Shown here: positions 52,178 through 63,953 of the stretch, piece after piece | Layout: each line of letters begins with the position of its first letter | Numbering within the stretch: the first letter of the stretch is position 1 | Source of the DNA: Negaprion brevirostris | Taxonomy: Eukaryota | Assembly: GCA_030324005.1 (NCBI GenBank) | Contig: JARDVH010000179.1 | Location: 5,856,776-5,920,728, forward strand | DNA: 63,953 nucleotides | Direction: 5' to 3' | Notes under the pieces: generated by a model | Told to the model about the DNA's origin: nothing | Database searches by the model: none | Seen by the model: only the letters and a program-made list of their open reading frames with translations | Position numbers and translations under genes: made by a program

Positions 52178-55100
52178 AGTTGAGATCCAACTTGAGAAAG
52201 CTATCCATATGCATTTTAACCACCTTATAAAAATTTGTGTGCATGAACTCAAATGAGTCTCACCTAAGCATTGCAATAAAAGATTATGACCCAGAATGCA
52301 CTGTTGAAGAGTAAAAGCAGATCCAATCATAGCTTTCAGAAGGAAACTGAATAATCAACAGTAGAGAAAACATCAAGATCACAGGTACAGGAGGAAGTGA
52401 AACTAGTCAAGTTGCTCTTGCAGAGAGCTGGCACAGACACAGCAGGTCAACTTCCTCCCTTTATGCTCTGGCTAATCAATCCACAGCTTTTACAAGTTTC
52501 CTTCATCCCCAATAATTGCTTCTAATAACTTCCCAGCACTGGCGTTAGGCTGACAGGCCTGTACCTTCTGGTTTATTCCTCTCCCCTTTCTTGAAATGTA
52601 TATAGCAATATAGCATTAGCAACTACCCAACTTCCCAGCCCTACTGCATTCAGCTAGGACTGCAAGATTGCAACCAGTGCCAATGCTATTTCTGCCTTTG
52701 CTTCTTTCAGCAACTTGGGATGCATTACATCTGGATCAACTGACTTACCATTTTCAACAATGCTTACGTGTGTCTTCTCCAACTACTATCCTGCCCAAAA
52801 GTTCCCTCTCTCTTTTAGTGCAACCTTTTCATCACATACTTCTGAGAGACAGAGGCAAATACTAAATTACCTTAGCCATGTCCTCCTAAGAGAAGATTTT
52901 CCTCTGGATCCCAAGTGTTTAATGGTTCAACTTAATACTAATCTTTCCTTGTAGTCTTTACCTCAATTTTGAGAGACAATTTCAAGTTAAATTAAAATAT
53001 TTGTGCTCTCATCCACGCCTCATTTCCTTTCACCACAGTGCAAGGGATTACCAGACTTGTATTGACACAGAGCACGTTGTGGCATAACTTCTACTTTGTG
53101 TTCCACAAATTTATTTTCCCGACCACAATTATTCATAGTTTTACTTTTTGTTTACCTTCAAAAAGGTTTTTCTCTAGTTGCAAGGAATTGGATTGTCCAG
53201 CTAAGAAGGTGCATTTAGTCAGTGCGGGTGGAACAGGAAAACATGATTCTATTTCCCCAGTGCTCGAAATATGTTCAACACTTACAATAACTCAGCTCAA
53301 AACTTTGACTCAAACAAAATTTCTAGCAGCACAACGCTGTCCACTCCTGTCTCAAAACATTGCACAGCAAGAGCTTTCCCTCAGCTGAACGTGATTAAAA
53401 AGTAGTACAACCTAAATCCAATTTGAATACTGCCAACAGGCATTAAATTGAACCTGCACAACATAACCAAGATATACCTTGGAACAATATTATCTTATGG
53501 CCAATTAATAACTCGCAACTAGAACTAAATTCAATCTCCTTCCTTCCATTCATAATTCAGCTTTTACACTGCAATTTCCTAAAGAAATTACTTCAATTAT
53601 AGTTCAAACATGATATTTTTATTGGTTCAGGGAACATGTAAAAACTTGTAGGTTTGACTAATTGCAACCATATTATAATTCTTAAAGCGCAAGTTGCACT
53701 TTCAAGCCAAAGAGCAACAGTTACAAGATAAGCACCTTAAAATGAATGTGCTTCCAAACAGTGATTAAAAGTAAAAGACTTCACTTCGTCAACCATTTTG
53801 CTAATTCACTGATTCCTAATTATTCCTAGGCAGTGATGAATGTCACATTTTAAAAAATCATATCACAAAATACATGGTAGAAGCACTTAATGTGGTGCAA
53901 CTGAATGAAGAGATATTCCCATTCAAAGACATCTTATATTAGTTCATGGGAATNNNNNNNNNNNNNNNNNNNNNNNNNNNNAGTACACTACAGTCAATGA
54001 ATTTGCAGTATATACAGAGGCTAAGTCTGTAATGCACTCTGGTGAACAAAGCTAAAAATGAATTTCAATCATAAGCTCTTAATGCCGACTGATGCAACAT
54101 GTTAGAGCTAACAGCATACAGTAACATTCCTGACCTAGCATGCCAAAATGAACACACTGCCCCACAGAATCAGAACAGTTAAGCGTGTATTAAGTTACCG
54201 ATTCAGTTAAAGCCAGGAACAAAATCAATGAGACACAACCTAAACTTCAATAACTTCTGTAAGTCAGGACACTACACAGCCTTATTGAAATGAAGGCTTA
54301 ATTGTGTTAGTTTCACTCCTCAGCTGAATGCAACAATTGTATTTCTGCAATGACAAAAGAAAAGGCCGCTCATGGATAAAGCAAAGCGCCCTGTTGTTGT
54401 GTCTCATTATATAAGCATCTCACCTTCTAAAACCAAGGTTATTTTAAGTGGCTATCCCAGCAACAGGTGAACACATTTGAGTACTTGACTTAGGAATTTG
54501 CTTAGGTGATCTTTTGAATGATACGGATCTCTGTACATGGCCTGATAAAAAGACCTCAATTTCCACCTCAAGTTTCCAACAAAAAGCGACATCTATTGCC
54601 ACAATAGCTAAAATACAGTTCAAAACACAAGTCTGTAAAGTCGCCAGCAACTCAAAACTGCACTGAGAAATAACACTGACAGAAAGTTCATTTTTGGCTT
54701 CCTCTAATGGTGTAGAATTCCTGAACAAGCAACCTTCAAAATTTAAACATCTAACATTCAAGCAAAACAATCTCAGACAAAATAACTAGAACTTAATTTT
54801 GATGGTGAATAGCTCAAGCAAATAATTTCACAAAATTAATATATATTGACCACTTATAATACAAGGGTCTGCATTACAACAGCACCACATGCCTACCTTC
54901 AAAATGTGAGGGCGCACCTAATGCGTGTCAACTTTACTTTAAAATCCCATTAGAACCCCAAGTCAGACCATTATGAATTTCTTGGTAGTAGCTGAAAGAA
55001 TGACTCAAAATTTAATGTTTAAAACAAAATCGTCTGATGTATAAAAGTTAAACACTAGCAACACTTTTTTTTGAAAACTTATACTTTAAAACTCAAAAAC

Positions 55101-55242
55101 AATTCGGGAANNNNNNNNNNNNNNNNNNNNNNNNNNNNNNNNNNNNNNNNNNNNNNNNNNNNNNNNNNNNNNNNNNNNNNNNNNNNNNNNNNNNNNNNNN
55201 NNNNNNNNNNACTTATACTTTAAAACGCCAAAACAATTCGGG

Positions 55243-55512
55243 AAGCACAGTGGCTAGCACTGCTGCCTCAATGCCAGAGACCCAGGTTCAATTCCTGGCT
55301 TGCATCACTCTGAGTTTTCCTATGTCTGAGGATTTTCTCCAGATGCTCTACTTTCCACCCATACTCCAAAGATGGGCAGGTTAGGTGGATTGGCCATTCG
55401 CCCCGAGGGTACATACATGGGATTCTGGGGATAGGGCCGGGGTGGGATTGTGGTCTTTGCAGACTCAACGGGCTGAATAGTTTCCTTCTGCAGTGTAGGA
55501 CTGTATGATCCT
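55243..55512 (+). mobile_element. V-SINE (HE1-like), CR1-type tail
   Basis: gcacagtggctagcactgctgcctca...ccaggttcaattcctggcttg...gggctgaatagtttccttctgcagtgtagga. Confidence 0.85.
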
Positions 55513-56634
55513 AGTTCCCCGACACTTGACAAGATCTTGAGGGCTCCTCCACTTCTCCAGGGCCAACCACGGTGCACCACAAATCTCAGAAATTCACACT
55601 CTGTTCCTACTATTCCCAGAGATATGGGAGTTCTTGGGATTGTTCCACCAGCATCCAAGTAGGAAAACACTCAACTTTCCTTCAGCACCTTACAATTGTG
55701 ACTTGCCAGCTCAAGCTTCACTACATTCTTATAGACTGACTCCAACTCAGGAAAACATCCATGGTTTCTGATAGCCCTTTGCTCCTGGTTCAAGCTGCTT
55801 TTTACAGCTCCTGCAGATATTTTCTGGCTGTCCTTGCAATATATTCCTACAGCAATGTGCCAGAGCTTGGATGATTGAATAGAGATTTAAACCAATTGAC
55901 TACCTTNNNNNNNNNNTGAAATCTTGCTAGACTCAATGGCTCCATTACAAAGCTGAGAGAGCCATGTTTATTGTTTTCATACTTTAAAACTAATTCCTTT
56001 ATGTAAATTTGGACCATCCTTTGAATTATTTTCTTAGGATTGCTTACCAGCCTCAAACCCAGGTTTGTCCTTTCACCTTGCATCTAAAATTTAAATTCCC
56101 GAAGCAGAATTTATACTCCTAAAACAAATTATAAAGTTAGATATTCTTACGGACTCTGGAAATTGGAAGTAAAACAAAATACTAGAAATACTCCAGTCAG
56201 GCAACATCTGTGGCAAATGAATATTTCAAGGTCAAAAAGATAGAGTTTTATTGGGGGGGAGGGGTGGGGGAGGAGGTTGGGAAAAAGGGGTGCCCTGTAT
56301 TAGGGTAGAAGGCAGCAGAGACAAAGGATAATAGTGCAAAGCAAAAGGAGATGATAATGGTACAAAAGTTGGGTCCAAAAGGTGGTGTAAAATATGTTAC
56401 CAGAATCAGCAGCTGTCTGAGGGAAAATGAGGGCACAGGTCATGATTTGAAATTGCAGAATTCAGTGTCCACTTAAGCAGCATAGCANNNNNNNNNNNNN
56501 NNNNNNNNNNNNNNNNNNNNNNNNNNNNNNNNNNNNNNNNNNNNNNNNNNNNNNNNNNNNNNNNNNNNNNNNNNNNNNNNNNNNNNNTGTTGCCTTTGTC
56601 AGACTGTAGACCTTGGATGAATGCATCACGAATG

Positions 56635-56918
56635 GGGGAGGCAGTGGCACAGTGGTAACGTCATTGGACTGGTAATCCAGAGGCCCAGACTAATGTCCTA
56701 GGAACAAGGGTTTAAATCCCACCATGGCTCTGGTGGAGTTTAAATTTGATTAATAATCTGGACTTGAAATGCTAGCCTCAGTAATGATTACCATGAAACT
56801 ATTGAAACTATTGCCATAAATCTGCTTCACTTTAGAGAAAGAAAGCTACTTCCTTTACCTTGTTTGGCCAGATCTATATGTGACTACAGGCCCTCATCCC
56901 ATGAAAGAATAAAGAAAA
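56635..56918 (+). mobile_element. Third tRNA-derived SINE family (internally deleted copy)
   Basis: Homologous to 25570-25942. Confidence 0.7.
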
Positions 56919-56919
56919 A

Positions 56920-57462
56920 AAATCTCAATCACCAGAGTTTCAGTCTGCTCTACCAATCAATATGGCCAAGGCTAACCTTGGGCTTCAATTTCACTTCCTG
57001 CCTGCTCCCCATAATCCCTCCATTTCCTGAGAGACGAAAGATGTCTATTCCAGCCTTAATATATTCAACAATGGAGCATTCACAGCCCTCTGGTATAGAG
57101 AATTCCAAAGACTCATAACCCTTTGAGTGAAGAACTTACTCCTTATCTCAGTCCTGAATGATCAGCCTCCATGTTCGCAAGTCCCCAGCCAACGGGAACA
57201 ATCTCAGTGTCTATCCTGTCAAGCCCCTTCAGAATCTTGTATATTTCACTGTGATCATTTTGGACTCTAACCTCTGGAGATCAGAGGCACAATCCAGACA
57301 GCCTCTAACCATAGAACAACTCTCTCATCCCATGGACCAATCCAGTACTACTGCCAATGCAGGTATACCTTTCCTGAAAGATGAAGACCAAAACTACTCA
57401 CAGTATTCTCACCAAAGCTCTGTACAATTGTAACAGGACTTCTTTATTCCTGTGCTCAAATC
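56920..57462 (-). mobile_element. CR1-type LINE 3' fragment
   Basis: ggtatagagaattccaaagactcataaccctttgagtgaagaa...gaccaaaactactcacagtattct is typical antisense CR1 3' sequence, similar to 60950-61153. Confidence 0.65.
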
Positions 57463-58628
57463 CCCTGAAACTGGAAGATCTGCACTCCCCTCTCTTGAAA
57501 CAGAATTGGTTCTGGCCTAGGAACTGTCAGCTGATTAGTCAGCCTGGTGGAAAGTGGCAGACCAGTTAATACAATTAAAGTCCAGCTAGAGGCCTATGCT
57601 TATGCTTTCAAAGACAGAAGCAGGAAAATTGAAGCTATCCTTCTATTCTGCACATGCCATCATGGTCTAACCCTGACCAAAAAGACTGTGGAGCATGATG
57701 GCTGCTGGAACATTTTTGATTGTTTTTTTAAAATGCATTCAATGGTTTAGTTTCAGCAATTATTGTCACTAAGGCCTCACGTGAAGCAATTTTTCAAGCT
57801 ATCTTGGCCTTTTGACGAAGATGAAGCTCAGATCAAGCCCGAGAGGAGGTTTATGCCTCATCCCGTCAACTTGGATCTTGTTTGATCGAACCCAAGATGG
57901 GATGCAATGTCTTGTCATGTCAGCTTGGATCTGTTTTGTCTCTCTTGTGGGGACTCTGATTGAGCCAAATTGAATTTTTGATTGGAAATGAAGTACCAAA
58001 AGGTACAAAAAAAAGTATTGTCAGATATTCATTACTTCCCAGAACTACAAAATTTAGACTAATCAGTCTTATGCATGCACAAATTTCCACTGCAAGATCT
58101 TTGGATATAAACAGATTCTACCACCTGTTAGAATTTGGAGTAAGGATTGAGCTCAACTGGAGAATCTCTCATGACTGCCCCCTCTTAACGATTGTGAGGA
58201 ATCGGGATGTCAAATCCAAAATGCTACTGAAGCCGTGGGACTTGATTTAGAAACATACTCAAGACAATCGTAAAGGAAGAATTCAGTGAGAACACAATAG
58301 TGCAGCACAGAAACTAACTCAAGTGTAAGATTAATGCAAACAAAGGACTTACCAACTAAAGAAACGCACAGGTCTGCAATTATTATAGCAAGATGGCATA
58401 ATATTCAGCTGATAATATGAATCTCTATCCCTTTAAGGACAGCATACATGTTTTTCTGAAATGATGTGATCTAAACAGATATTTTCTGAGGTCAATTAGG
58501 AGCTAATTGTTGAGGGAGATCTTGTAGATTGTCAGTCCTTCAGGAAATACCAGGTTATCGGGTGGAAAGCAACAAATGGCCAATTTCCTTTTTCTAGATA
58601 TATATAGAAAGATATATATCTTCAAATT

Positions 58629-59106
58629 GGGTGACACAATGGCACAGAGGTTAGCACTGCTGCCTCACAGCATCAGGGACCTGGTTCAATTCTGGCTTGG
58701 GTCACTGTCTGTGCTGAGTCTGCATATTCTCCCATGTCTGCATGAGTTTCCTCGGGCGCTCCAATTTCCTCCTACAATCCAAAAGAGTTAAAGTTTATTT
58801 ATTAGTCACAAGCCAGGCTTACGTTAACACTGCAATGAAGTTACTGTGGAATTCCCCTAGTCACTACACTCAGCACTTGTTTGGGGTCAATGCACGTGTG
58901 GGTTAAGTGCATTGGCCATGCTAAATTCTTCCCTGGCACCCGTTCAGGTACTCAGGGGGAGAATTTAGCACGGCCAATGCATCTAACCAGTCCATGCATT
59001 GACCCCAAACAAGCACTGGAACGTGGCGACTAGGGAATTTTCACAGTAACTTCGTTGCAATGTTAATATAAACCTACTTGTGACACTAATAAATAAAGTT
59101 AAACTT
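58629..59106 (+). mobile_element. Rearranged V-SINE composite containing a ~320-bp palindrome
   Basis: Normal head and V-domain at 58629-58786, followed by inverted-repeat arms ~58787-58935 and ~58953-59106. Confidence 0.85.
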
Positions 59107-60107
59107 ACTTTGTTGGTTCAGAGGAACAGTTAATAAGCAACTTGGACTGGCAAACAAACATGCCATACTCAGTGCTTTAGCAAAGTGGCCAGAAACACGA
59201 TTATTTGTGCCGGAATGACTTAAGAATTATGAGCACTCTGATTCATGCAGTGATACCTTTAAGAGGACACTAATCCGGTGTTAGTGGAGCTCCTAGTATA
59301 GGCAGAGCACTGTATCTGCCGACTGCATTTGCAATCTGTGAACAAATAGAGCAATTCCAATCAGATCACAAGAGTTAGTTTGAACAAACAGTCCAAAATC
59401 TGTGCTTGGCTCTTGAATGTGGCCACATTTCTGCTAATTGTTGGGCAGCAATTAACATAATCAAAGCACAATTTACATCCGGCAAACCTAATTAAACATG
59501 CTGTGCATTAAAATGATCAACCAACAGTGATTACAGTTTTTTGGATCAATTTTGCACCAGCAGAGATAAGTGTGTAACATACCAATGTGCTGCCCTTGTG
59601 TAGAGAATACCCAGTATCCATTTAAAATAAACAGATTTCTGTGAACTGATATCAGATGAAAACTACAAACAGCTAATCACATTCACAATTCCACCAGTTT
59701 CCCACAGAAACCACAGCATTTCCGCCCAAGGAAATATAGCTTACTTCTCCCCTCACCCACCCTCTGCAAACATATCAATTTTGAAATCTTCCCAGCTAAG
59801 GAACTGCACATCTGAAAAGTACTAAAGTTTTGATCAAATGGTTCATCAAGTAGCTAAAAATCAATAATCTTATTATACACAGTTGAGTTTCCCCAACAGG
59901 CAATGGAGGGAGCAGCACATTGTTCTACACAAAGTCTCATGTATGCTGAGTTAGTTTACCCCGCCAAGGATGTGTGTTGTGCCCAACTTCAAATGGTTTA
60001 GGAAAATGAAAAAATGGATAGGGCTAATGCTCCTGAATATCCTGCGCTAGCTATCAGCTGAACTGTGTGGACGTCTATTTATGTCGCCATCCACACACAG
60101 AATGACC

Positions 60108-60165
60108 GGGGGGGAAGAAGAAGAGAGCGAGAGCGAGAGAGAGAGAGAGAGAGGGAGAGGGAGAA
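60108..60165. repeat. Purine-rich (GA)n microsatellite
   Basis: ggggggggaagaagaagagagcgagagcgagagagagagagagagagggagagggag. Confidence 0.9.
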
Positions 60166-60949
60166 CGGGACACCGTAGGAATGCCAATTGAGCTGTGCCT
60201 TGCTTAAAGTCAACACTTTCAAAAGAAGATGGGAAAGATTGGAAACAATGAAAATCTAGGATTCAAGCTGTGTGTGAACTCAACTAGATGATAAAAGTTT
60301 ACAACAGAGAGTATTAAATATGGTGTATATTGAATCACGGAACAATGGGCATTATTTATGTTTAATCTGAAGCTCAAGTTGTTACCACCTTGCAGTATGC
60401 CCATCAAATTACACAAAGAAAACATGATGCATTAAGTTAATCTCTAGAGAAAAATATTGCTGATATGAAGCATAAGGCTGCGAGTGAGTGTAAAAACTTG
60501 GACTTTATCTCGAGATAGGTGAGGGAACATGCAGGCTTGGCACCTCTCGACACAAAAGCAGGTTAGATACTAGTTTGAAACATGCTATCCTCATCATGCA
60601 TAGCCTAGCAAATGGAAAGACAAAAATCAACTGTTTGTTTAAATCAATATAATTAGCCATAGATTCATACTCCATGTTTGCCTGCATAAACAAAATGGAA
60701 CATATCTACAAATGGTTACATTACCCAACAAGTTCCACTCATGACACTTAGTACTGAGCCAACCCCATAAGCAACTAGCTCCTTCCCAAGGACCAGCTGG
60801 ATCATACTAAATACCAGTTCCCCCAACACGTCTCTGCTAATAGCAGGCATTATCGTAATTATATAACAAACTTCATTCTATCATTGCGAGAAAGGGTATT
60901 TAGTTATAACCAAGAAAACAACAGAAACAGGATGCACCATATAAACATA

Positions 60950-61153
60950 AAAGAAAACATACGAACTAGAAGCAGGAGTAGGCCATCTGGCCCCTCGAGC
61001 TTGCTTCACCATTCAATAAGATCATGGCTGATCTTTTTGTGGACTCAGCTCCACTTACACGCCCGCTCACCATAACCCTTAATTCCTTTACTGTTCAAAA
61101 ATTTATCTATCCTTTCCTTAAAAACATTCAATGAGGTAGCCTCAACTGCTTCA
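60950..61153 (-). mobile_element. CR1-type LINE 3' terminus
   Basis: agaagcaggagtaggccatctggcccctcgagc...caataagatcatggctgatc. Confidence 0.75.
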
Positions 61154-61213
61154 NNNNNNNNNNNNNNNNNNNNNNNNNNNNNNNNNNNNNNNNNNNNNNN
61201 NNNNNNNNNNNNN

Positions 61214-61545
61214 GCTCCCATCCACTGACTCTGCCTACACTTCCCGCTGCCTCAGAAAAGCAACCAGCATAATCGAGAATCCCACACACACGCTGGATCT
61301 TCTGTTGTGAAAAAGATACAAAAGTACCAAAAGATCACGTACCAACCAACTCTAGCTTCTCCCTGCTGCCATCAGACTTTTGAATGGGCCTACCATATAT
61401 TAAGCTGATCTTTCGCTACACCCTATGACTTAACACTACATTGTGTACCCTCGCCTATCCGTCTCTATGAATGGTATTCTTTGACTGTATGGTGTGCAAG
61501 AAACATTGTACACTAATACATGCGACAATAATAAATAAAATTAAA
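61214..61545 (+). mobile_element. Rex1/Babar-type LINE 3' end
   Basis: Homologous to 31240-31578 in the opposite orientation; ends tacatgcgacaataataaataaa. Confidence 0.7.
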
Positions 61546-63545
61546 AGAAAAAACTCAATCCAAATCACTTCAATTTCATGCATTTTTTTGTGATGATGAA
61601 TCTTTGCAGCTCCAGAGTCACTGCTAAAGTCCAACAATATTTATTTTCCAGAACCTGGTTGGCTAGAAACAGTTTTCAACCATCAAAAGCCTTTCATAAA
61701 CAAGACTACTTCAAACCTCTTAAGTGGACGGTGGGTACAGAGAGAGAATGAGAGAAGGGGGAGAACCTGAGTGTTAAAACTTAGAATAATTAGACCATGT
61801 TTATAGGAGTGTTTGCCCAATGACTTAACTGGTAAGGCTGAGGAAGACAGCTACTTTCACGAGGAAGATTACAGATTTATGCTGGTTGAAAGTAGTAAAT
61901 TTGGCAAACAGAGGCAATATAATTGACCTTTAGCATCTTTAGGTTAGGTGCAAAAGCAAATACATTCAGCTAGTCACCTACTCACACAGACTTATCCAGT
62001 AACACCTGATAGAAAACAGATGCATGCAAGGATCATTGAGGAAATGCCTACCTATAGTTACTGCACACACAAAGAATTAGAGCTTGGATGAAATGCAGGA
62101 GGAGCAGCCAACATCTGTTAAAACATACTTCAGCTTCACTCAAAGCCTTCAGAAGCACAGGAAGTGGAAGGGTAGAGCAACTCGATAACTACAGTTTTTT
62201 TAAACCATTCCCTCATTTGCAACTGAGATATTTGCAACAGTGGAACTTTTAGTACAGCACTGAGAAGAGGAAGGTTTTAGGAGTGTATGGATCTGTGGTG
62301 TGGGCACAAAACATGGTCAGAATCTGAGATTTACTGCAGAACAAACAAAGCAAAGAACGTCACAGAGATGATAGAGAACTGGGAGCTTTATTTTGCCCCT
62401 TATCCACTACCCTCTTCATTTATGGGTCATTTTGTCAATCGTCTGTGATGTGACCGTGCTCTGTCAACTTATTTCACTGCTAAGCATTGGCAACAGCTCA
62501 GCTTGCAAGGTTCTCCAGAAGCACCTGCGTGAACATTAAAAAACCCACCATTTTGTAATTCCTGAATTTCAGACTAAAATAATGCATTAGGGTCTCCAGG
62601 ATTGCAAACTCTTATTTGCAGAAGGATACCAGAGAATGCCAATAAAAGTAGTGAATTTTGCAATGCACATTAAAAACAGGAAAGTCTGAACACCAATGGC
62701 TGAAACATTTAAATAATAAAGGTATCCTTAATATGACTATGTTACTATGGCTGAGAGCCTAAAAATAAACAAAACTGGTCAACCCCAGTAGTTTCCCTGA
62801 CCTACCAATACTTGTAGCATAATTCATTACCTCAAAATACTGAAAGTAACAACACTGCCAGTACATTAAGATTGCACTTACACACACAGAGGCGGGCAAT
62901 GACGAACCAAACTGGCAAGTCAATCTCAATGTGCGACGCAAAAAGGAATTATTTCCTTCTGCTCGAGTCATCTGCTGCCATCAAGATATGGTTTCAATTA
63001 CGTTAGTCTTTAATCACTGAAATAACTGATCTGGGACAGATCATAGTGCCATTGCAGACAATTCACGTTATTCTACCTTCCCCAAAGGAATATGTGCCTA
63101 GTAAAAATAGTGACCAGTGGACCGAACAAGTACAATAGCTTAGTGAAACTGGGATCCAACTTCATTAACACCTAACCCTAGTATTTTGGTATAAATATAC
63201 TACACCATACTATAAATACTATATACTATACCATAAATAAACTGGATAAAAGCCACTCCTTTTTGGCAAAACATGAAAACGTTTAATTTTTCACGTCAAG
63301 TGCTCACATTTCTGCTTTCCTCACACTTAAAATACGTTTAACTTTAGAGAAAATTGTCAATAGAGGGATGAAACAACTTAATCCTATTTTGTTAGGCTGA
63401 ATAAAGCTTTATTTGAAAAAACCTCTAGTGGTATCATTTTTCAAGACTTTGGGTCATGGTATGGTATCCAGTTCCATCTCTCATCCAGCATTCCCTCCTG
63501 ATACTTAATTGAAAAAGCCTTTAGCCCTTGCCTCAATCCTGCACC

Positions 63546-63677
63546 GTCTCTCCTTTCCCTCTCTCACCCATCCCTCCCCCGTTCACTTCATTTCCCTTCC
63601 CACACCTGCCTCCCTTCCCCTTGCCCCGTCCCTTTCTGGCCCCCATCCCTCCCCCACTGTTTTCCCCTCCCCCTCCA
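63546..63677. repeat. C/T-rich low-complexity tract
   Basis: Runs of ccc/ctcc; G-rich on the BRD4 sense strand. Confidence 0.8.
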
Positions 63678-63877
63678 ACTTCAAAATGGCTAAACAAGCC
63701 ATCCAAATAAACCATTCCAACAAAGGACAGTAGCAATTCAAAGCAGTAACTTACCAACTCCTTCTAAACAGCAATTCAGGATGAGAAACAAATACGCCTT
63801 GCCAGCAACACCCACATCCTCTGAATAATTAAAACAGTCAATTACCTTTTCCCAGAATTCAGATGGAAAGATTTAAA

Positions 63878-63953
63878 TAAGAACATAAGAAATAGGAGCA
63901 GGAGTAGGCCATCTAGCCCCTCGTGCCTGCCCCGCCATTCAATAAGATCATGG
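63878..63953 (-). mobile_element. CR1-type LINE 3' terminus (runs off the window)
   Basis: Near-identical to 7725-7799. Confidence 0.75.

Noticed and set aside
55074-55244. ~34-bp near-duplicate (acttatactttaaaac.c.aaaacaattcgggaa) on both sides of a 100-N gap
   Set aside because: Most likely overlapping contig ends or two haplotypes; it cannot be told apart from a TSD without the gap sequence.

Overview
Vertebrate genomic DNA, AT-rich and repeat-rich, with many N gaps. The repeat families (V-SINE/HE1-like, DeuSINE-like, CR1, Rex1/Babar, L1, Penelope) suggest a shark or other cartilaginous fish. The whole window lies inside one minus-strand gene, the BET bromodomain gene BRD4. I traced seven consecutive coding exons (human-equivalent exons 2-8) with GT-AG boundaries and consistent phases: 36011-36295, 24253-24390, 19366-19504, 11652-11959, 10421-10843, 2501-2629 and 446-652. 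They encode the N-terminus, BD1, the Pro/Gln linker, motif A, BD2 and the start of the Ser-rich/motif B region. Two exons (19366-19504 and 2501-2629) are missing from the ORF track. The non-coding first exon and the 3' exons appear to lie outside the window. Almost all other ORF-track entries are spurious or decayed transposon fragments. Most notable observations: a strong-Kozak upstream ORF overlapping the BRD4 start; Penelope-associated minimal hammerhead ribozyme motifs in introns; a ~320-bp SINE-derived foldback; an inverted Penelope-end mini-element with a 13-bp target-site duplication; a Gly/Val insertion before BD2; and substitutions at normally conserved BD1 positions. Repeat coordinates are approximate, and comparisons to human BRD4 are from memory.
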